64,000 nucleotides of DNA, taken from contig JAVBNH010000006.1 in assembly GCA_031551635.1 (NCBI GenBank), positions 11,208 through 75,207 of the forward strand. The letters are read 5' to 3'. A program made the position numbers and the translations under genes. Below are positions 58,438 to 64,000 of this stretch, one piece after another; positions within the stretch are counted from its first letter, which is position 1, and every line of letters starts with the position of its first letter. Under the pieces are notes generated by a model. The model was not told the origin of the DNA and ran no database searches. It worked only from the letters and a program-made list of their open reading frames with translations. The DNA comes from Oscillospiraceae bacterium (lineage in GTDB: Bacteria > Bacillota > Clostridia > Oscillospirales > Acutalibacteraceae).

Positions 58438-58487
58438 ATGTGATGGTTAATGTTTCCTTCCGGCAAAATATGATTAAGATTTCTTAA

Positions 58488-58709
58488 CTAATGTGGGTTT
58501 GGCTTGCCAAGCCCACAACCCAAGTCGTGTCTTTTATTGAGCATTCGGCTCAATAAGGTACTAATGTGGGTTTGGCTTGCCAAGCCCACAACCCAAGTCG
58601 TGTTTTTTATTGAGCATTCGGCTCAATAAGGTACTAACGTGGGCTTGGCTTACCAAGCCCACAACCCAAGACTTGTTTTTTATTGAGCTTTCAGATCATT
58701 AAGGTATTA
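58488..58709 (+). repeat. three head-to-tail copies (73-76 bp each) of the palindromic element
   Basis: Units at 58488..58560, 58561..58633 and 58634..58709. The first two differ at a single position. Confidence 0.95.
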
Positions 58710-58767
58710 TTACAATTACTATTTTTCTATTTATTTTTCTTATTTCGCGTTTATTTCATAAATCTAA

Positions 58768-60903
58768 TCACAAAATCTTAATATATTTGTGAAGCATACG
58801 CATGACCTCGTTAATATCTATTGGTTTTCCGATATGTTCGTTCATTCCCGCCTCAAGGCATTTCTCGACATCCTCCTTGAAAACATTCGCTGTCATAGCC
58901 ACAATCGGTATGCTTTTCGCCCGTGGACTGTTCATGGCTCTGATTTTTCTTGTCGCCTCAAAGCCGTCCATTTCGGGCATCTGAATATCCATAAAAATCA
59001 TGTCATACTTATTTGCGGCGTTTTTAAACATACTGACGGCAATTATTCCGTTTTCGGCAAAATCAATCCCTATACCGGTCGGCTCAAGCATAGTTTCAAT
59101 AATAATCCGGTTTATCTCAACATCCTCCGCGAGCAGGATATGCCTGCCCTCAAAAGAAACCTCCTGCACCTTTTCAGACATATTCATATCCTTATCAGCG
59201 ACACAATCGCTTATGCAGTGTGCAATCGCGAGAGGCAAAAGCGGACTGTGCAGGAATCTGTCCATACCGGCGTTTTGGGCGTCATACTGAAGCATGTTCC
59301 ACTGCGACAAAGAAATCATAACAACTGCGCATTCCGCAGGTATTTTCTGCTTCACATGCTTAATCATCTCAGCTCCGTCAGATTCATATATATTCCACCC
59401 GACAAAAATTATATCGTAATCTCTGCCGCGCTTTATTATATCGATTGCCTCCACAGCGCTTTCCGCTCTGTCGCAATGAATCCCCAGCTCAATCATTACA
59501 GAACTAAAGTATTCAAGCACTTCGCTCTCGCGCTCAATAACCATAGTGCGGATATTTGAACACCTGCGGGCATCCCCGAGAAAGCTCGCCGCGTCATAGC
59601 TTTTATAATCGGCTTCGATTGTAAAGGAAAAAACCGAGCCCTCGCCGAGGGTAGATTCGACAAAAACCTCTCCGCCCATAAGCTCAACGATTTTTTTCGA
59701 TATGGCAAGCCCGAGACCGGTTCCGCCGAAACGACGCGAGGTGCTGTTTTCCGCCTGCTGAAAAGAATTAAACAGTATTTTCAGCTGCTCCTCGCTCAGT
59801 CCGATACCGGTGTCACTGACAGAGACTCTCAGCAGGCATCTGCCTTCTTCTCTGCTCACTAGCTCCGCGCCAAGGCTGATACTGCCGTATTCGGGCGTAA
59901 ACTTAACCGCGTTGCTCAGCAGATTTGTTATCACCTGAGCGAGCCGCTGGTCGTCACATATGAGCATATACGGTATATTTTTATTAATATTTATTGTAAA
60001 ATTCTGATTTTTTTCCTCCACCTTGAACGCCGACATATTTACGACTTTTGAGATAAGCCTCTCGAATACGAATTCCGTCGGTGAAATTTCAAACTTATTC
60101 GCTTCGATTTTCGACATATCGAGAATATCGTTAATAACCCCTAAAAGATGGGTTGACGCCTCCTCGATTTTGTTAAAGGAATAATCTTTTTTCTCAATGC
60201 TGTCAGCGTCCTTGCCAATGGAGGTCATGCCGATTATAGCGTTCATCGGCGTGCGCATCTCATGGCTCATATTCGACAAAAAGTCACCTTTCGCACGGTT
60301 CGCCGACTCAGCGGCTTCCATCGCGTTCAGCAGCTCAGTCATGTCGTGCAATAAGAACATAACTCCCAGAGGCTTGGTGTCCTCAGCGCGGAAAGCTATG
60401 ATGCCGACTTCATACTCCCTCTCCTCAAGAAAGCCGGAGAACTTTATTTTTTCATTATAAAACTCGTTAACTCCATCTATATGAACGGTTTTCAGCCTTG
60501 CTTCGGTATTATCCACCCACTCGCTATGTACCACACTTTCAAATATTTTTCGGAAGCTTACGCCGTATACCCTGTTAACATTGATGCCGATAGCCTTCAT
60601 GGTGCTGTCGGTACCCAAAACGAAGTTCATTTTTTCATCAAAAACCAGAACAATGTCGCGCCAGTTATCAAGCAAAAGCTTTGTATAGAGCTCCTGGAGC
60701 TTTTTTTGAACAGCGAGCTGCTCATTGAAATATGACTGTGCCGAGGTACTTGTCTGAAGACTTCTCAATATGTTAGCGTTGACCTTCAGCTCGCGCGAAA
60801 GATTTTGTTTTTCCTTAAGCAGGGCATTGTATTCCTCAATAAAGCTATTGTACCCTTCTTCAGTAAGCTCGCGGAACGGTTTAAATTTGTCCACTTTTAT
60901 CAC
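58768..60903 (-). CDS. hybrid sensor histidine kinase/response regulator (extra pseudo-receiver domain)
   Basis: [24 protein letters not shown] and a C-terminal [13 protein letters not shown]...[12 protein letters not shown]. Confidence 0.9.
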   Translation of the reverse strand: MIKVDKFKPFRELTEEGYNSFIEEYNALLKEKQNLSRELKVNANILRSLQTSTSAQSYFNEQLAVQKKLQELYTKLLLDNWRDIVLVFDEKMNFVLGTDSTMKAIGINVNRVYGVSFRKIFESVVHSEWVDNTEARLKTVHIDGVNEFYNEKIKFSGFLEEREYEVGIIAFRAEDTKPLGVMFLLHDMTELLNAMEAAESANRAKGDFLSNMSHEMRTPMNAIIGMTSIGKDADSIEKKDYSFNKIEEASTHLLGVINDILDMSKIEANKFEISPTEFVFERLISKVVNMSAFKVEEKNQNFTININKNIPYMLICDDQRLAQVITNLLSNAVKFTPEYGSISLGAELVSREEGRCLLRVSVSDTGIGLSEEQLKILFNSFQQAENSTSRRFGGTGLGLAISKKIVELMGGEVFVESTLGEGSVFSFTIEADYKSYDAASFLGDARRCSNIRTMVIERESEVLEYFSSVMIELGIHCDRAESAVEAIDIIKRGRDYDIIFVGWNIYESDGAEMIKHVKQKIPAECAVVMISLSQWNMLQYDAQNAGMDRFLHSPLLPLAIAHCISDCVADKDMNMSEKVQEVSFEGRHILLAEDVEINRIIIETMLEPTGIGIDFAENGIIAVSMFKNAANKYDMIFMDIQMPEMDGFEATRKIRAMNSPRAKSIPIVAMTANVFKEDVEKCLEAGMNEHIGKPIDINEVMRMLHKYIKIL

Positions 60904-60929
60904 CCTTTCTTAAGAGAAATCAATGCGGA

Positions 60930-61015
60930 CTAACGTGGGCTTGGCTTGCCAAGCCCACAACCCAAGTAGTGTTTTTTATTGAGCTTTCAGCCCATTAAGG
61001 TACTAAAGGTACTAA
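60930..61015 (+). repeat. ~75-bp palindromic intergenic element, copy 8, with duplicated AGGTACTAA end
   Basis: ctaacgtgggcttggcttgccaagcccacaacccaagtagtgttttttattgagctttcagcccattaaggtactaaaggtactaa. The stop of the FIST-like CDS lies in the duplicated end. Confidence 0.9.
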
Positions 61016-62190
61016 AAAATACAGGTGACGAAGGTGTAATTATGAAAACGGTTGATAGCCTTATTGTCAGTGCTTGAAGTCGGACAAATCTCGCCGCTCG
61101 AGTATGAGAGCATAAAATTAACATCGCTGCCAATAACCTCTGAAGCCATTTCAACCTCGAGCATAGGCTCGCCGCCCAGAGACAGCCGCCGCCCGAGGCA
61201 GGAAAACATCAGCACATTTTTACCCTTGCAGGTCGCGGAAATATTTTCAAGGACAGTTCTTGTTGTCTTTAAAACATCGTTTTTGTCGCATACACCGACA
61301 GTAATGCTCGAGCCAACAGGCATTTCACCGCCGCAAATCGCATAATTATCTATTGTGGTCATAAAAAGCGCGCGGGCAATCGGGATTCCGTCCCGTCCGG
61401 ATTCATTGCCGAAGCTTATAAGGAAGGGAATCGAGCTGATACCGCTGCGGATTTTTCCGCCGTGCGCGAGACCGATAGTCTCAAGATAATCAACCGCAGC
61501 CATGTCATTGATGCCCATGAGAATATTAGCATCTGATTTTGTAATTTCACCTTTATAAGGCAGCTGTGACTCACTCGAGACGGAAATAATTTTGAACTCC
61601 GGCTCAACTTCTCCCGAAATGAGAATAAAAGTCATTCTGTCTCTGTACGCTTTATCCCTATAGATGGTGTGTGAATTTGAATAGGTGTCCGGCTGGTCGT
61701 CGGCGCAAATCGAGCCGAAAACAGGAGCATGCGAGGAGAGTGACGAGAGAATATTGACATATTCGTCGCCGGGCTGGGCGTTCAGCAGCGGCGGAAAGGC
61801 GAAAATAAGGCTAACCTTCTCGCCGAGTTTTTCGGCGGCGGCATTGTATTCGTTTTCGATAGCTCCGCGCATATCACCCTTTTGCGGGATAACCCCGCTC
61901 AGCGCGCCGCAAAAGCTGCAGTCATCGGAATAAAGAACCATCATAGTGAGCACAATCAGCCCTGAGGAACCGCTGACAGCCTGAGATATTGTAGTTTCAC
62001 CGATTATATCAAAGGGCAGAGCCTCCTGCAGCGCATTAATAACACCAAGCTCGATAAAATCATAGGAGCAGGTGACTATTCCAATCATTTTTTCATTGAG
62101 AGTCAGCCCCTGCAGCTGAGAGAGTATATCCTCAACAGCCGCCGACAAATCATCCAGCTCATAAGTAAACGCGGTTTTTGACTTAATCAT
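61012..62190 (-). CDS. FIST-domain-like sensory protein (tentative)
   Basis: About 392 aa, cytoplasmic, adjacent to the kinases. The assignment rests on overall resemblance only. Start moved to ATG 62190 (SD GGGGGG), because the track start at 62223 lies inside a heptamer array. Confidence 0.4.
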   Translation of the reverse strand: MIKSKTAFTYELDDLSAAVEDILSQLQGLTLNEKMIGIVTCSYDFIELGVINALQEALPFDIIGETTISQAVSGSSGLIVLTMMVLYSDDCSFCGALSGVIPQKGDMRGAIENEYNAAAEKLGEKVSLIFAFPPLLNAQPGDEYVNILSSLSSHAPVFGSICADDQPDTYSNSHTIYRDKAYRDRMTFILISGEVEPEFKIISVSSESQLPYKGEITKSDANILMGINDMAAVDYLETIGLAHGGKIRSGISSIPFLISFGNESGRDGIPIARALFMTTIDNYAICGGEMPVGSSITVGVCDKNDVLKTTRTVLENISATCKGKNVLMFSCLGRRLSLGGEPMLEVEMASEVIGSDVNFMLSYSSGEICPTSSTDNKAINRFHNYTFVTCIF

Positions 62191-62204
62191 AACATTAACC
62201 CCCC

Positions 62205-62259
62205 AAAATCCAGTATCCAGCATCCAGTATCTAGCATCCAGTATCTAGCATCTAGAATA
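62205..62259 (-). repeat. heptamer array, minus-sense TAGATGC TAGATAC TGGATGC TAGATAC TGGATGC TGGATAC TGGATTT
   Basis: It is the inverted complement of the array at 63386..63502 and ends 15 nt upstream of the FIST-like gene ATG. Confidence 0.9.
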
Positions 62260-62395
62260 TTATAACTCACTTATAAATATATTTCAACCTGTTTTATAAT
62301 AATATAAAAAGATGTATTTTTTTCAAAAACATAAAAGTAATCAACAAAAAAACATGCCATTATTCAGCAACAAACAACAAAAAATAAAATAAGTC

Positions 62396-62424
62396 TTGAC
62401 GTGAAGAAATAAATCGGTTAGAAT
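62396..62424 (+). promoter_or_regulatory. promoter of lipoprotein gene
   Basis: TTGACG, 17 nt, TAGAAT. Confidence 0.5.
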
Positions 62425-62461
62425 TAGTACACAAAAAATTTACTGTAAAGGTGAGGAGACT

Positions 62462-63388
62462 ATGAAAAAAGCAATTTCTCTAGCAATGGCGCTTCTAGCT
62501 ATTATCACATTATTTACTTCCTGCGGCGGTGGAGGCGGCGAAGAAACGACAACCTCAGCCGAAACCACTACACTTGCCGCTACAACTCTCGCGACCGGCG
62601 ATACAACCGTTCCCGTTCCCGGCACCGGCGACACAACAACAGCCGTTTCCGCCACAGGCACTGCGACAACCGTTCCCGGCACAGGCACAGCGACTACCGC
62701 CGCGCCGACAACTGTTGCCTCAAACAACTTCGGCGCTCCGGTTGGCGGAACTGTCGAGCAGATTGTTCAGTATTATAATACAAAGGCAAACGCTATAAAG
62801 CAGGAAAAGAATTTCTCAGTTAAAAGAGTACAGGATCAGTCAATAAAATTTGATGAGCCCGCACTGGTTGCCGCTGTTTTTAACGCTCTTCTTAAAGACC
62901 TGACAAAGGTTTCCACCTCTGACGAAGTCTTCGCAAACGGTGTCGGAACAAAAAAAGAGGGCAATACACCCGCGAAATACTTTACAGTGAAGGATAAGGA
63001 CTATGTCAGCCAGCTGACTGCAAACGGCGTCAAGAGCGCTGAATGCAAGGTTGAGGGCGACAAGGTTGTTATTACAATACTCCTGAATGAAGAAACTTGC
63101 AACGCAAAGGTGGTTCCCCCAATCTACGGCTCATGCATAAACAATATCACAGAAGACATCATTAATGTCAAAGAAGCAAAGATTTCCGACGATGCACAGG
63201 CTACATATTCAGCAGGAAGCATGAAGCTCACAGTCGACGGCGCCTCCGGTAAAGCCACTCAGCTCATTACACATGCTGAAGGAAAAATTAAGGGTAATGT
63301 CGAAGCCGGTACAATCACTTATCTGCCTACAGTTAAAAACGCTGTTGTTTCAGGCAAATTCACAGAAACATTTGATATGACATACTAG
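62462..63388 (+). CDS. lipoprotein with Thr/Gly/Ala-rich linker
   Basis: Signal peptide plus lipobox LFTSC, SD GGTGAGGAG, and a repetitive TTVPGTGTATT linker. Confidence 0.7.
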   Translation: MKKAISLAMALLAIITLFTSCGGGGGEETTTSAETTTLAATTLATGDTTVPVPGTGDTTTAVSATGTATTVPGTGTATTAAPTTVASNNFGAPVGGTVEQIVQYYNTKANAIKQEKNFSVKRVQDQSIKFDEPALVAAVFNALLKDLTKVSTSDEVFANGVGTKKEGNTPAKYFTVKDKDYVSQLTANGVKSAECKVEGDKVVITILLNEETCNAKVVPPIYGSCINNITEDIINVKEAKISDDAQATYSAGSMKLTVDGASGKATQLITHAEGKIKGNVEAGTITYLPTVKNAVVSGKFTETFDMTY

Positions 63389-63502
63389 ATTCTAGATGCT
63401 AGATTCTAGATGCTAGATTCTAGACGCTAGATACTAGATGCTAGATTCTAGACGCTAGATTCTAGACGCTAGATACTAGCGCTAGATACTAGCGCTAGCT
63501 GC
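63386..63502 (+). repeat. 17-unit heptamer array (TAGAYNC)n
   Basis: tagattc tagatgc tagattc tagatgc tagattc tagacgc tagatac tagatgc tagattc tagacgc tagattc tagacgc tagatac tagcgc tagatac tagcgc tagctgc. The first TAG is the lipoprotein stop codon. Confidence 0.97.
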
Positions 63503-63512
63503 TGTATGAGTA

Positions 63513-63548
63513 AGCCCCGGTAGTCTTTTACGATTACCGGGGTTTTTA
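63513..63548 (+). terminator. rho-independent terminator after lipoprotein gene plus heptamer array
   Basis: CCCCGGTA-loop-TACCGGGG followed by TTTTT. Confidence 0.75.
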
Positions 63549-63569
63549 AGTATTTTTTTTTGTTTTATT

Positions 63570-64000
63570 TTAGAAATTAACAGCAATTTCAACTCCGGCG
63601 TTTACATCGTCAACAGCTATCCAAGTGATGTTGTTTTCGGTGAAATAGCCCTGAGCCATTGAGGTGAGGTCTGCCATCGAAGCAGCCTTTGTCAGCTCTG
63701 TGCCGGCGATTTTTACGCTTGCCGCTGTTTTATCGTTATAAATTCTGAAGAGCAGTGAGCGTTCGCTTGCGGTTGATTTAACGGTCATTTCTCCGCCGTC
63801 CTTGGTGTAGGAAAGCATTGTGCCGTCCTTGCCCTCTTCGTAGAGGCCAAATTTCTTCGAGCCGTCCTCGGGATAAATCATGACGGTTGTGTAATCAGCC
63901 GAAAGCTCGCTGCCGAAGCCGTTAGCGCCGTTGACAACATTCATCGGGACTATCGCGCCCTTGCGGATATAAGCCGGGAACTCGTCAAGCGGGGTCTCGA
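63570..64000 (-). CDS. C-terminal part of a GH31-like glycoside hydrolase (gene continues beyond window end)
   Basis: The frame stays open to the window edge. Upstream residues ETPLDEFPAYIRKGAIVP resemble the GH31 motif PLDxIPvFVRaGsIiP. Confidence 0.5.
   Translation of the reverse strand, partial: ETPLDEFPAYIRKGAIVPMNVVNGANGFGSELSADYTTVMIYPEDGSKKFGLYEEGKDGTMLSYTKDGGEMTVKSTASERSLLFRIYNDKTAASVKIAGTELTKAASMADLTSMAQGYFTENNITWIAVDDVNAGVEIAVNF

Noticed and set aside
58488-58709. Possible CRISPR array, considered because of three regularly spaced repeats.
   Set aside because: The units are directly abutting with no unique spacers, are 73-76 bp long, and are scattered singly elsewhere. No cas genes are present. 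This is a tandem repeat element and not a CRISPR.
62440-62727. Minus-strand 95-aa ORF rich in Val/Ala/Pro, plus plus-strand frame-2 ORF 62529..62798.
   Set aside because: Both overlap the repetitive Thr/Gly/Ala linker of the lipoprotein gene. The lipoprotein frame has a signal peptide, a lipobox and an SD, and the others have none.

Overview
The window is a chromosomal core region of a low-to-mid GC, spore-forming Clostridia-type Firmicute (my guess is Oscillospiraceae/Ruminococcaceae-like). About 57 CDS are supported and roughly 80% lie on the minus strand. Recognisable blocks are:
- tetR plus an ABC ATPase, PAP2, rluA-family, ligA, yunB and a GH27 alpha-galactosidase
- tig-clpP-clpX, thrC, and the classical rimP-nusA-ylxR-L7Ae-infB-rbfA-DHH-truB-ribF-rnhB-yraN string
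- a four-subunit 2-oxoacid:ferredoxin oxidoreductase, an ispH-S1 fusion with cmk, tmcAL and ackA
- prfB with no frameshift, and a radical-SAM/DUF4130 putative DNA-repair pair
- nagB-nagA, GH5, and two hybrid histidine kinases with a radical-SAM gene and a FIST-like gene

I found no rRNA, tRNA, CRISPR, transposase, integrase or obvious defence genes. The unusual content is non-coding.
1. At least 13 intergenic tandem arrays have a strict 7-bp period. Most belong to a TRGAYNN family (TAGATNC, TAGATWT, CTGGATN). Four sit exactly on stop codons, and several occur as mirror-image pairs bracketing genes or gene blocks. One forms a 117-bp 3' UTR.
2. A ~75-bp palindromic MITE/REP-like element is present in 8 copies, including a tandem triplet. 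It fills every intergenic gap of the kinase cluster.
3. Composite inverted-repeat-bounded intergenic modules combine the arrays with structured cores.

I also report twin SOS-box-like palindromes over a consensus promoter of the DNA-repair pair, several consensus promoters and operators, and two small CDS that are missing from the ORF track. All functional readings of the repeats are hypotheses; only their sequence and positions are observed.
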